Part shown: positions 1 through 9,483 of the stretch, piece after piece | Layout: every line of letters starts with the position of its first letter | Position numbering within the stretch: position 1 is the stretch's first letter | DNA from: an uncultured Thiomicrospira sp. | Lineage (GTDB): Bacteria; Pseudomonadota; Gammaproteobacteria; CAKMZV01 | Direction of reading: 5' to 3' | DNA: 64,000 bases | Assembly: GCA_965195345.1 (NCBI GenBank) | Contig: OZ239628.1 | Location: forward strand, 608,001 to 672,000 | Made by a program: the position numbers and the translations under genes | The notes under the pieces: model-generated | The model's input: the letters and a program-made list of their open reading frames with translations, nothing else | Told to the model about the DNA's origin: nothing | Database searches by the model: none

Positions 1-121
1 GCGTTACGCCTCCTACCATTTTCGTGCCATAATCAATTGCTTGCTGGCAATGAAGAGTGCCTTGTTTGCCAGTAAAACCTTGGCAAATGACTTTGGTTTT
101 TTTGTTTATTAATACGCTCAT
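1..121 (-). CDS. sucD: Succinyl-CoA synthetase alpha subunit, N-terminal part (runs off window start)
   Basis: Manual translation from ATG at 121: [40 protein letters not shown], the typical SucD N-terminus; directly downstream of sucC. Confidence 0.95.
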   Translation of the reverse strand, partial: MSVLINKKTKVICQGFTGKQGTLHCQQAIDYGTKMVGGVT

Positions 122-137
122 TGATTCCGAAGATTTA

Positions 138-1298
138 TTATTTAGAAAGAGAAACTATTTTCTGTGCTGCATCAGCTAAATTGCTGGCCACAGTAAGTTC
201 AAGTTCGGTGTTGTTGAGTAATTCCATGCCTTCTTTAGCCATGTTTCCTTCAAGACGCACAACGACCGGTATATTTAAATTAACTGTTTTTGCTGCTTCT
301 ATAATTCCTTCAGCAATTAAGTCACAGCGCACAATGCCTCCAAAGATATTTACTAATATGCCTTTAACCTGCTTTTCAGAAGTGATTATTTTAAAAGCTT
401 CAGTAACTCGTTTAGCGGTTGCAGTGCCTCCTACATCAAGGAAATTAGCAGGGGAGCCATCATAATATTTAATAATATCCATTGTCGCCATTGCCAATCC
501 AGCACCATTGACCAAACAACCGATGGTACCATCAAGTGCCACATAGCTTAGATCATTGTCTGCAGCGCGTAATTCACGTTCATCCTCTTGAGTGGTATCG
601 CGTAAATCAAGAAGATCTGGTTGACGGAATAACGCATTGGAGTCAATGTTTATTTTCCCATCCAGACAAATCAAGCGATTTTCAGAAGTTATAACTAAAG
701 GATTTATTTCCACCAAAGATAAGTCCTTTCCAATGAATAAGCGATACAGTCCTTTGAGTAAATTGGAAAAATCCTTAAATGCATCACCGCTTAAATCCAA
801 TGCAAAAGCCAATTGACGAGCTTGCCAAGGCATGATTCCTGTTATTGGGTTGATCATGATTTTATGGATTTTATCAGGTGTTTTTTCTGCTACTGACTCT
901 ATGTCCATACCACCTTCTGTTGATGCCATGAAGACAATACATTGAGAAGCTCGATCAATGACAACTCCGAGATATAATTCATTTTGTATGTCACTGATTT
1001 CTTCAACAAGAATTTGATTGACAGGTTGTCCTTCTTCAGTGGTTTGAAAAGTGATAAGATTAGTGTCCAGCAATTTATCCGCTACTTCACCAACTGCTTC
1101 TACGCTATCTACTAATTGTACGCCGCCCGCTTTTCCTCGACCACCTGCGTGCACCTGTGCTTTCACTACCCAACGGTAACCGCCTAGGGCTTCAGCTGCT
1201 TCAATGGCTGCTTCACGATTCTGGACTACTCTTGAACGAGGAACCGGCATTCCGAATGCAGAGAAAAGTGCCTTTGCTTGATATTCGTGTAAATTCAT
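138..1298 (-). CDS. sucC: Succinyl-CoA synthetase beta subunit
   Basis: Start re-called at MNLHEYQAK (ATG 1298, SD AGGGAG upstream); motifs [46 protein letters not shown]. Confidence 0.97.
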   Translation of the reverse strand: MNLHEYQAKALFSAFGMPVPRSRVVQNREAAIEAAEALGGYRWVVKAQVHAGGRGKAGGVQLVDSVEAVGEVADKLLDTNLITFQTTEEGQPVNQILVEEISDIQNELYLGVVIDRASQCIVFMASTEGGMDIESVAEKTPDKIHKIMINPITGIMPWQARQLAFALDLSGDAFKDFSNLLKGLYRLFIGKDLSLVEINPLVITSENRLICLDGKINIDSNALFRQPDLLDLRDTTQEDERELRAADNDLSYVALDGTIGCLVNGAGLAMATMDIIKYYDGSPANFLDVGGTATAKRVTEAFKIITSEKQVKGILVNIFGGIVRCDLIAEGIIEAAKTVNLNIPVVVRLEGNMAKEGMELLNNTELELTVASNLADAAQKIVSLSK

Positions 1299-1329
1299 TA
1301 AATTTGGCTCCCTTGAGGCATGAATTGAT

Positions 1330-2775
1330 TTATGCAGTTGGACGTTTTTTTGAAATCGTATGTATTGCTCGCCCATCAACATCCAAAGCGGCTTCATGTA
1401 TTGCTTCAGATAAACTTGGATGGGCAAATATGGTGCGTTGTAAGTCTTCAGTAGAACTACGACACTCCATGGCAATAACGATTTGACCTATTAACTCAGA
1501 AGCATTGTAATTGACAATGTGAGCGCCGAGTATTCGATCTGTTTTTGCATCCGATATGATTTTAACAAAGCCTGCAGTATCATTGGCTGCTTTAGCTCGT
1601 CCGCTGGCAAGAAATTGAAACTTTCCAGTTTTAGTTTCAATGCCACGTTCTTGCGCTTGTTTTTCATTCTCACCAACCCAAGCAATTTCTGGATTGGTAT
1701 AAATGACCATGGGAATGCAGTTATAGTCAATATGCGGTTTTTGTCCTGCTATCCGCTCGGCAACTACTATTCCTTCTTCAGAACCTTTATGCGCTAACAT
1801 CGGACCACGAACAACGTCTCCAATGGCGTATATTCCTTCAACACTCGTTTTGCAGTTTTCATCCACTTCAACGAACCCTCGATCATTTATTTTGATACCA
1901 GTGTCATCACCCAGCAGATCACCAGTGTAAGGTTTCCTTCCAACGGCAACTAACACTTTGTCAAAGCGCTCGCTGTGTTTTTCTCCATTGTTGAGCGTGT
2001 ATTCAATATCAACACCACGATTGCGAATTTCCACGGAGTCAATTTTTAATCCCATGCGAAATTCCATTCCTTGTGCTTTGAAGGAGCGCAAGGCTGCTTT
2101 GCCCGTATCTGGGTCTGCATCGGGTAGTAAGCCTGGGCGCATTTTTATGATGGTCGTTTTTGAACCAACGCGGCTCCATGCACTGCCCATCTCTAAACCA
2201 ATAGCACCAGCACCAATCACTGCGAGGCGTTTTGGAGCAATATCCCAATCAAGGGCATCTTGCGAATCGGTTATGTATTTTCCATCAAAAGGGATGAATG
2301 GAAGAGGAGCAGGTATTGAACCAGTGGCAATAATAATGTTGTCTGCAGTTAGAGCTTGTTGTGTGCCTTCATGAGGAGTAAAAAAAACTTTTTTATTGGC
2401 TTCTAGGCGAGCTTGACCTTGAAGCCATTCCACTTTATTGGCTTTAAATAATTGAGCAATACCACCAGTCAACTCCTGTACAATTTTATCTTTTCGGGCA
2501 ATCATAGAAGACGCTTTAAAGCCAACTTTTGCAACTTCAATGCCGTGTACTGAAATGTCTTTATTGACCACTTCTAAGTGATGAGTAGACTCTAAAAGTG
2601 CTTTAGAAGGAATGCAACCAACATTTAGACAAGTACCACCGAGAGCAGGTTTACCATCTTTATTAATCCATTTGTCTATACAGACAGTTTTTAGCCCTAA
2701 TTGGGCACAACGTATAGCAGCGACGTATCCAGCTGTTCCGGCGCCAATAACAATTACTTGGTAATGATCTTTCAT
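1330..2775 (-). CDS. lpd: Dihydrolipoamide dehydrogenase (E3 of 2-oxoglutarate dehydrogenase)
   Basis: GGTCLNVGCIPSK disulfide motif, GPMLAHK, HPSLSE dyad; between sucB and sucC; SD AAGGAG. Confidence 0.95.
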   Translation of the reverse strand: MKDHYQVIVIGAGTAGYVAAIRCAQLGLKTVCIDKWINKDGKPALGGTCLNVGCIPSKALLESTHHLEVVNKDISVHGIEVAKVGFKASSMIARKDKIVQELTGGIAQLFKANKVEWLQGQARLEANKKVFFTPHEGTQQALTADNIIIATGSIPAPLPFIPFDGKYITDSQDALDWDIAPKRLAVIGAGAIGLEMGSAWSRVGSKTTIIKMRPGLLPDADPDTGKAALRSFKAQGMEFRMGLKIDSVEIRNRGVDIEYTLNNGEKHSERFDKVLVAVGRKPYTGDLLGDDTGIKINDRGFVEVDENCKTSVEGIYAIGDVVRGPMLAHKGSEEGIVVAERIAGQKPHIDYNCIPMVIYTNPEIAWVGENEKQAQERGIETKTGKFQFLASGRAKAANDTAGFVKIISDAKTDRILGAHIVNYNASELIGQIVIAMECRSSTEDLQRTIFAHPSLSEAIHEAALDVDGRAIHTISKKRPTA

Positions 2776-2784
2776 GTTATCTCC

Positions 2785-3957
2785 TTAAATGTCGAGTAGC
2801 ATACGGGCAGGATCCTCAAGGAATTCTTTGAGGGTACGTAAGAAACTTACAGCTGTTTTGCCATCAATGATACGGTGATCGTAAGACACAGCCAGATACA
2901 TTATTGGGCGAATAACAATAGCATCATTTTCAACGACAGGACGTTTTTGAATATTATGCATCCCGAGAATAGCGCTTTGAGGAGGATTAAGAATGGGAGT
3001 GGATAGCATAGATCCGAATACACCACCATTGGTAATTGAAAATGTCCCACCCGTTATTTCTTCGAGATTGAGGTTCCCACTGCGTCCGCGATTGGAGAAA
3101 TCAACAATTTTTTGCTCGATTTGTGCGATGCTCATGGATTCAGCATCACGTAATATAGGAACTACCAATCCTCGTTCGGTGGAAACGGCGACTCCTATAT
3201 CGCAGAAGCTATGATATACCAGCTCATCCCCATCAATTGAAGCATTGACATCAGGAAAACGTCGCAAGGCTTCGGATGTGGCTTTTACGAAAAGGGACAT
3301 GAAACCCAATCTTACATTGTGGCGTTTTTCAAAAGCTTCCTTGTGCTTGTTGCGTAAATCCATTATAGGTTGCATGTTGATTTCGTTAAAAGTAGTCAAC
3401 ATAGCAGTGGATTGTTTGGCATACAGTAGGCGCTCAGCAATGCGAGCACGAATACGAGTCATTGGAATGCGCTTTTCAATTCGACCGTCTTCGGCAAGCG
3501 CAATGTTGCTTTCGGAAGGTGTGGCAGATGTAGATTGTGATTTTTCTAAGTGATTGATTACATCTTCTTTAGTGATGCGGTCTCTGTGTGCAATTTCATT
3601 AGAAGCAAGATCATTTTCTGCCAATATTTTGCGCGCAGCTGGGTTTGTTTTTGGCTGCTCTTCTTGTTTTGTTTTAGAGTCATCGGTCTTTGCAGGAGCT
3701 TCCAAAGCCGATTGTTCGACAGCGCTAGCTTCAATGATGGCAATTACTTGTTCAGAAGATACGGTGTCATTTTCAGATACTTGCAACTCAACAATTGTGC
3801 CAGAATTAGGGGCAGGAACTTCAAAAACGACTTTGTCGGTTTCAATTTCGGCGATAACTTCATCAACATGGATGGTATCACCTTTTTGTTTATTCCAGGC
3901 AATGAGTGTTCCTTCACTAATTGACTCAGGAAAAGTTGGTACTTTAACTTTAAACAT
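2785..3957 (-). CDS. sucB: Dihydrolipoamide succinyltransferase (E2o)
   Basis: Lipoyl motif IETDKV, catalytic SYDHRIIDG, follows sucA. Confidence 0.97.
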   Translation of the reverse strand: MFKVKVPTFPESISEGTLIAWNKQKGDTIHVDEVIAEIETDKVVFEVPAPNSGTIVELQVSENDTVSSEQVIAIIEASAVEQSALEAPAKTDDSKTKQEEQPKTNPAARKILAENDLASNEIAHRDRITKEDVINHLEKSQSTSATPSESNIALAEDGRIEKRIPMTRIRARIAERLLYAKQSTAMLTTFNEINMQPIMDLRNKHKEAFEKRHNVRLGFMSLFVKATSEALRRFPDVNASIDGDELVYHSFCDIGVAVSTERGLVVPILRDAESMSIAQIEQKIVDFSNRGRSGNLNLEEITGGTFSITNGGVFGSMLSTPILNPPQSAILGMHNIQKRPVVENDAIVIRPIMYLAVSYDHRIIDGKTAVSFLRTLKEFLEDPARMLLDI

Positions 3958-6825
3958 TTATGACCTCTTAGAATGGATGGACTGTAATCGTGGACGAAAA
4001 GGTTCTTTCCAATCAACGATGCCTAGCGCGCTTTGGATGAGATATTGTTGTTGTTCTTTGTGAACGTTCGGATAACCCACTGCAGGAGAAGCGGATGAAT
4101 CTCTGCCACGATATAGCAGCTTACGGTCACTAAGAATGCGTTCTATGCGGTGGCGTATTGACCGCCAAGCGCCCTGATTTTTAGGTTCTTCTTGACACCA
4201 GACGACTTCTTTTGCGTTTGGATAGCTTTGTAGAACGTCGTTAACGGTTGCATACGGGAAAGGATACAGTTGCTCAATACGTACTATTGCTGTGTTGGAA
4301 ATGTTATGTTTTTCTGATGTTTCAAGCAATTCATAATAGATTTTTCCTGTACACAAAACAATACGCTTAACTTTCTTAGGAGTTATTTCACTGCGCTCAT
4401 CATCAATGACTGTAAGAAATTTTCCATTGGCTAACTCATCTAGGCTGTTTACAGCCCTTGGATGGCGTAGTAAACTTTTAGGAGTGAATACCACTAGAGG
4501 GCGGCGCATGCGGCGTAACATTTGTCGGCGTATCATATGAAATGTTTGTGCAGGAGTGGTAGGCACTACGACTTGAATGTTATCTTGGGCGCAAAGTTGT
4601 AAGAAACGCTCAGGGCGAGCGGATGAATGTTCGGGACCTTGACCTTCGTAGCCATGAGGGAGAAAAAGTACCAGTCCGCATAAGCGACCCCATTTAACTT
4701 CGGCAGAAGTAATGAATTGATCAATAACGACTTGGGCGCCGTTGGCAAAATCACCGAATTGAGCCTCCCAAATACACAAAATATCGGGATCAGCGGTAGA
4801 AAAACCAAATTCAAAGGCGAGTACAGCCTCTTCGGATAAAAAGGAATCAATGATTGTGCAATCGGGTTGACCTTTAGCCATGTTTTGCAAAGGCATATAC
4901 ATTTTCCCGTTATTGACGTCATGCAAGGTTGAGTGGCGGTGAAAAAAAGTACCTCTTCGACTGTCTTGCCCGCTAATTCTTATGGGCGTTCCTTCGTGTA
5001 ATAGTGACGCGTATGCTAAGTTTTCAGCAAAGCCCCAGTCAGCAGGTTTTTCATCCGCTGCCATCATTTTTCGGTCGGCGTATATTTTAGCAATCCGAGC
5101 ATGTGGTTCTATGTCAGAGGGGTACGAACACATCTTATTGGCTAAGTTTTGTAACAAAGCTTTTGGTAGAGAAGTACTTACTTCTGTTGCGTCTTGATCG
5201 ACAAATTTGGACCAATCAACAGCATATTGATTATTAATTTTTTGATTAGCCTCAATAACATTTGGTGCAATGCACTCGCCTAACTCGAGTTGATTGCGAT
5301 AATGAAGCATCATTTTGTTGGGCTGATCGCTTGAGATTATTCCCTGTTTAGTTAGATAGTCAGCGTATAGCTTACGTGTTGAGGGTAATTTTTTAATTAC
5401 TCTGTACATATTTGGTTGCGTGGCAGCTGGTTCATCGGCTTCATTGTGCCCATGGCGACGATAGCAAACGAGATCAATAACGACATCTTTTCTGAATTTT
5501 TTACGATACTCAAAAGCCAGTTGTGTAACGAAGTACACGGCTTCAGGATCATCGCCGTTTACATGAAAAATAGGGATGCTTAGCATTTTTGCGGCATCGG
5601 TGCAATAGGGTGTGGATCGAGCGTCTTTTGGATTGGAAGTGGTGAATCCAATTTGATTATTGATTACTATGTGAATAGTGCCTTGTGTGCTGTACCCTGT
5701 AATTTCAGACATGCTGAAAGTCTCCATAACAACACCTTGACCAGCAAAGGCAGCATCTCCATGGATGACGATGGGCAACACTTGGGATCCATCGGGATCA
5801 TTGCGACGTTGTTGTCGTGCACGCACGGATCCTTCAACGACGGGGCTAACAATTTCAAGGTGCGAGGGATTGAATGCAAGTGCTAAGTGTAGAGGACCGT
5901 TTGGAGTGCTCATGTCGGATGAGAACCCTTGATGGTACTTGACATCACCAGTTAATAATGTTGAGTCATATTTCCCCTCAAATTCTGAAAAAAGATCGGC
6001 TGTTTTCTTACCAAATACGTTAACTAGCACATTCAATCGACCACGATGCGCCATTCCAAGAACAGCCTCGTTTATTTCTCCACCTGCCTGTTGTACAAGT
6101 GCACTAAGGGAAACAATCAAACTTTCACCGCCTTCAAGAGAAAAGCGTTTTTGACCAGTATATTTAGTATGCAGGTATTTTTCTAACCCCTCTGCGGAAG
6201 TGAGTCGGTCCAGTATCCATTTTCGACGCTCAATACTTAGTGAAGGTTTTCCTTGAACGGCTTCAAGTTGACGTTGCACCCATTCTTTTTCAGAAGTATC
6301 CAAAATGTGCATGAATTCGGCGCCAATGTTGCCGCAATAGGTTTTTTGCAAAGCACCTATGATATCTTTCAGCATTGCCTGTTTAATGCTGAAAAACGAT
6401 GCTGTATCAAAAATACTGTCCATGTCGCTTTCTGTGAATCCATAGAGTGCAGGGTCTATTTCACGAACCTCTGGTTTTACGCGTATCTTCAAAGGGTCTA
6501 TGTTGGCATGTTCATGTCCGCGTAAACGGAAAGCCTGAATGAGTTGGATAACTGAGATTTGTTGCGATAGTGTTTTAGATGTTCTATTATCGGAGTGGGT
6601 GCCGTTAGATTTATTATCACGTGTGATTTCTAAAAAAGTTTTGCGCACCTGCGACATCAGTTTTTCTGGCGCATCGTGTTCGTAAGGCAATTGTTCAAAG
6701 TATTGTTGCCAAGCAATAGGGAGTTCGCTTGGATCTTTCTGGAAAGTTTCAAATTGGGCTTCTAGGAACTCAATGTTTGCACCCAGCAATGAGGAGTTGA
6801 CCAATGCGTTTAATTTTTCAGACAT
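3958..6825 (-). CDS. sucA: 2-oxoglutarate dehydrogenase E1
   Basis: KRFSLEGGE, GMAHRGRLNVL, GDVKYHQG, HGDAAFAGQG, WEAQFGDFANGAQ. Confidence 0.98.
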   Translation of the reverse strand: MSEKLNALVNSSLLGANIEFLEAQFETFQKDPSELPIAWQQYFEQLPYEHDAPEKLMSQVRKTFLEITRDNKSNGTHSDNRTSKTLSQQISVIQLIQAFRLRGHEHANIDPLKIRVKPEVREIDPALYGFTESDMDSIFDTASFFSIKQAMLKDIIGALQKTYCGNIGAEFMHILDTSEKEWVQRQLEAVQGKPSLSIERRKWILDRLTSAEGLEKYLHTKYTGQKRFSLEGGESLIVSLSALVQQAGGEINEAVLGMAHRGRLNVLVNVFGKKTADLFSEFEGKYDSTLLTGDVKYHQGFSSDMSTPNGPLHLALAFNPSHLEIVSPVVEGSVRARQQRRNDPDGSQVLPIVIHGDAAFAGQGVVMETFSMSEITGYSTQGTIHIVINNQIGFTTSNPKDARSTPYCTDAAKMLSIPIFHVNGDDPEAVYFVTQLAFEYRKKFRKDVVIDLVCYRRHGHNEADEPAATQPNMYRVIKKLPSTRKLYADYLTKQGIISSDQPNKMMLHYRNQLELGECIAPNVIEANQKINNQYAVDWSKFVDQDATEVSTSLPKALLQNLANKMCSYPSDIEPHARIAKIYADRKMMAADEKPADWGFAENLAYASLLHEGTPIRISGQDSRRGTFFHRHSTLHDVNNGKMYMPLQNMAKGQPDCTIIDSFLSEEAVLAFEFGFSTADPDILCIWEAQFGDFANGAQVVIDQFITSAEVKWGRLCGLVLFLPHGYEGQGPEHSSARPERFLQLCAQDNIQVVVPTTPAQTFHMIRRQMLRRMRRPLVVFTPKSLLRHPRAVNSLDELANGKFLTVIDDERSEITPKKVKRIVLCTGKIYYELLETSEKHNISNTAIVRIEQLYPFPYATVNDVLQSYPNAKEVVWCQEEPKNQGAWRSIRHRIERILSDRKLLYRGRDSSASPAVGYPNVHKEQQQYLIQSALGIVDWKEPFRPRLQSIHSKRS

Positions 6826-6849
6826 GGCTAAAATAAAACTTAGTTTCTC

Positions 6850-6908
6850 TATGTGAAATTATGGTTATATGAAGTCATTTTCATATGATTCATTACTATT
6901 TTCACATA
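6850..6908. promoter_or_regulatory. Long imperfect inverted repeat upstream of sucA
   Basis: TATGTGAAA (6850-58) pairs with TTTCACATA (6900-08); inner ATATGAA/TTCATAT arms. Confidence 0.45.
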
Positions 6909-7179
6909 TTGTCCTACAAGAATCAAGTGCACTAAGCGCTTAAATATTTATAGTTTTCTTTGATGCATAAGGTTTTATTTATTTTTCCAGAACGCATGCT
7001 TATGGTTCAAATTTTTATGGTTTTTTGATCAATTATCCCATGCGAATCCAAAAGGACTTTTTGGAGGTATTGTCTATATATCAGTTTGTATCACGTTTAG
7101 TGTTTAGACTTTTAGGATCATTAACTATTTATGGCTTTTTTGAGTTCGGGTATAGAGGATGAAGAATGTCTTTGAAAGG

Positions 7180-8052
7180 TCAGTTTTTATTTCTCCTTGG
7201 CTTTTTTATTCCACTTATTAATATCCAACAATCATCTTCTATTTGCTCGTCCCATTGAATGTTACTATAGCAGTTTTTTAAAGGAGTTACTTGATGTGCT
7301 AGGATACCACTCAATACAACTCTTCCTGTTGTGCTTAGTAAATTGGTTAGTTTTTCATGCAAGGCTTGTAAAGGTTCAAGTAAGATATTTGCAATGACAA
7401 TGTCAACGTCCTTGCTGGTGCTATTTATTTTGATTTGTGCATTGTTGAGAAGCGCATTTTCCTTGGTAATTTCTAGTGCCTGATCGTCAATATCCCAAGC
7501 ATAGACTTCAGCTCCGAGCTTTGCTGCAGTTATTCCAAGTATTCCGCTACCGCATCCATAGTCAAATACCTTTTTGTTACACAAATTGTTCTGTCCCAAC
7601 CAGTTAAGACATAATTTTGTGGTTTCATGAGACCCCGTACCAAAGGCCCGTTGAGGATCAATGATCACGTTTATTGCTGTCGGATCGGGTGGGGAAATCC
7701 ATGACGGGCAAATCCAGATTTTTTTGCTGACCTGTAAAGGTTTATGATGTTTTTTCCAACTGTTCTCCCAATTATTTTCTTCGAGCTCTCTGACGTGGTA
7801 TTCTGAAAAAAACACCTTTTTTTGCAGTATTTTATTTTTAAGACTTAATGCACTTTTTTTAGACGTGGTTAATGCTTTGATGAAAGTATTTTTCCACAAT
7901 TCGTCTTGAGGTGTATTTGGTTCACTAAACACTTCGTTTGATTCAGGTCCTTCGCTCATGGTAACGCTAAGTGCCCCATTTTCAAAAAGCATATCGCTGA
8001 CGCATTCAACATCTTTTTGTGGTACTAAGAATTGAAGTTCGAACCAAGCCAT
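7180..8052 (-). CDS. prmA: Ribosomal protein L11 methyltransferase
   Basis: Start re-called at MAWFEL (8052), just after the upstream stop; AFGTGSHETT, DYGCGSGIL, ANIL, LSGIL motifs. Confidence 0.92.
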   Translation of the reverse strand: MAWFELQFLVPQKDVECVSDMLFENGALSVTMSEGPESNEVFSEPNTPQDELWKNTFIKALTTSKKSALSLKNKILQKKVFFSEYHVRELEENNWENSWKKHHKPLQVSKKIWICPSWISPPDPTAINVIIDPQRAFGTGSHETTKLCLNWLGQNNLCNKKVFDYGCGSGILGITAAKLGAEVYAWDIDDQALEITKENALLNNAQIKINSTSKDVDIVIANILLEPLQALHEKLTNLLSTTGRVVLSGILAHQVTPLKNCYSNIQWDEQIEDDCWILISGIKKPRRNKN

Positions 8053-8053
8053 C

Positions 8054-8896
8054 TTAAGCTGATTGTCTTTTGGGCAAAAAAAGCGATCCAATGAACACTA
8101 AACCAGTTACTACCGCTATGCTTGCGGCAATGGAAGAATCCATTTGAGCGGATACATAATAACCAACTATTGCACCGAATGTAGCCAAAATAGTGCTTGC
8201 TATCAACATGCCAAAAAGAGAATTGCTGAATCGACGTGCGGTATTTGGTGTGATCGTAAGCATGGCGACAACCATTATTGCACCAACTGCATCGAATGCG
8301 GATACAGCAGAAATGGATAAAAGGGCTGTCAGTAGCGTTTGCCAGTGAAATACTTTTATGCCAGAAGCCTTCGCATGTAGAGGATCAAAACTAAGGTTTT
8401 TGAGGCGATGCCAAGAAAGCGCATATACGACAAGAGTCACAACTAATGCAAAAGAGAGCATTAGAAAAGATCGAGGTCCAAAAGATTGACCACTTATTTG
8501 AAAAATGTCTATGGGTGCAAAAGCAATTTCACCAAATAACACACAGGTTTGATCAAGATCAACATTGTCAGCGTAAGCAGCTATTAAGATGACGGAAAGG
8601 GCAAAGAATGATGTGAATACTAGTCCAATGCTATCTTGTATCTTCAAATTCAGAAAGCGTTGCAGGGCTTGCGCAGCGAACGCAGAAGCTAAGCCTGCTA
8701 CCACTGAACCTAAAAACATCAAGATTATAGAGCGCTCTCCACTGAGAAGATACGCTACTACAATCCCTAAGAGTATGCTGTGGCTAATAGCATCGCCAAG
8801 CATCGCCTGACGACGAACGACCAAGAAACAACCATTTAAAGAGCATACTATTGCAACTAATATTGCAATTAAGATCAACCAAAATTCATGTGACAT
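8054..8896 (-). CDS. Mn/Zn/Fe ABC transporter permease (ABC-3 family, MntD/TroD-like)
   Basis: Highly hydrophobic; GDAISHSILLG, LFGEI, SFDPLHAKASG, AVGAIMVVAML motifs. Confidence 0.88.
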   Translation of the reverse strand: MSHEFWLILIAILVAIVCSLNGCFLVVRRQAMLGDAISHSILLGIVVAYLLSGERSIILMFLGSVVAGLASAFAAQALQRFLNLKIQDSIGLVFTSFFALSVILIAAYADNVDLDQTCVLFGEIAFAPIDIFQISGQSFGPRSFLMLSFALVVTLVVYALSWHRLKNLSFDPLHAKASGIKVFHWQTLLTALLSISAVSAFDAVGAIMVVAMLTITPNTARRFSNSLFGMLIASTILATFGAIVGYYVSAQMDSSIAASIAVVTGLVFIGSLFLPKRQSA

Positions 8897-9009
8897 AAAG
8901 ATATTGTATCAAAATACTTGATTAAATACTCCTTACAAAGATCGTTTCAATTCTGAATATCTGTATCAGGGAGCAAGTGCTGTATGTGATGTGCTCATTA
9001 AAAGAATTT

Positions 9010-9483
9010 TTATAGTGTGCTTGGGTGCACAACGATGCCGTCTTCATCCGCTACTAACCATTCGCCTGGACGAAACTCGACATCTAAAAAATTAACGGGC
9101 GTATTTAGTTCGCCTTTATTGTTTTTTTGACTTTTCCTAGGATTGGTTGCTAGGGCAAAAATACCTATAGGCATAGAGTTTATGATTGCACTGTCACGGA
9201 TGCAGCCATTAATTATCATCCCTTCCCAACCATTATCAATGGCTAATTTGGCAATCAAATCCCCTACTAAGGCACATTGCAAAGAGCCACCACCATCAAC
9301 AACGAGAACTTTACCTTTTCCATCATTTTCTAGGGTGCTTCGGACGAAAGAGTTATCTTCAAATAGGCGAATTGTAATTATTCTTCCAGCGAATGAAGAG
9401 CGCTTGCCAAAGCGTTTCAACGCAGGTTTCACTACTTGTAGCTGGTCTCCATACTTATCGTATAAGTCAGCCGTTGCATGCAT
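9010..9483 (-). CDS. rraA: RraA family protein (RNase E regulator / HMG aldolase-like)
   Basis: TADLYD, FEDNS, VLVVDGGGS, GCIRDS, ADEDG motifs. Confidence 0.92.
   Translation of the reverse strand: MHATADLYDKYGDQLQVVKPALKRFGKRSSFAGRIITIRLFEDNSFVRSTLENDGKGKVLVVDGGGSLQCALVGDLIAKLAIDNGWEGMIINGCIRDSAIINSMPIGIFALATNPRKSQKNNKGELNTPVNFLDVEFRPGEWLVADEDGIVVHPSTL

Noticed and set aside
1299-1475. 59-aa N-terminal extension of SucC in the ORF track
   Set aside because: Overlaps the lpd 3' end; the canonical MNLHEYQ start at 1298 has a good SD
8053-8091. Longer PrmA start at 8091
   Set aside because: Overlaps the permease; MAWFEL at 8052 matches typical PrmA starts
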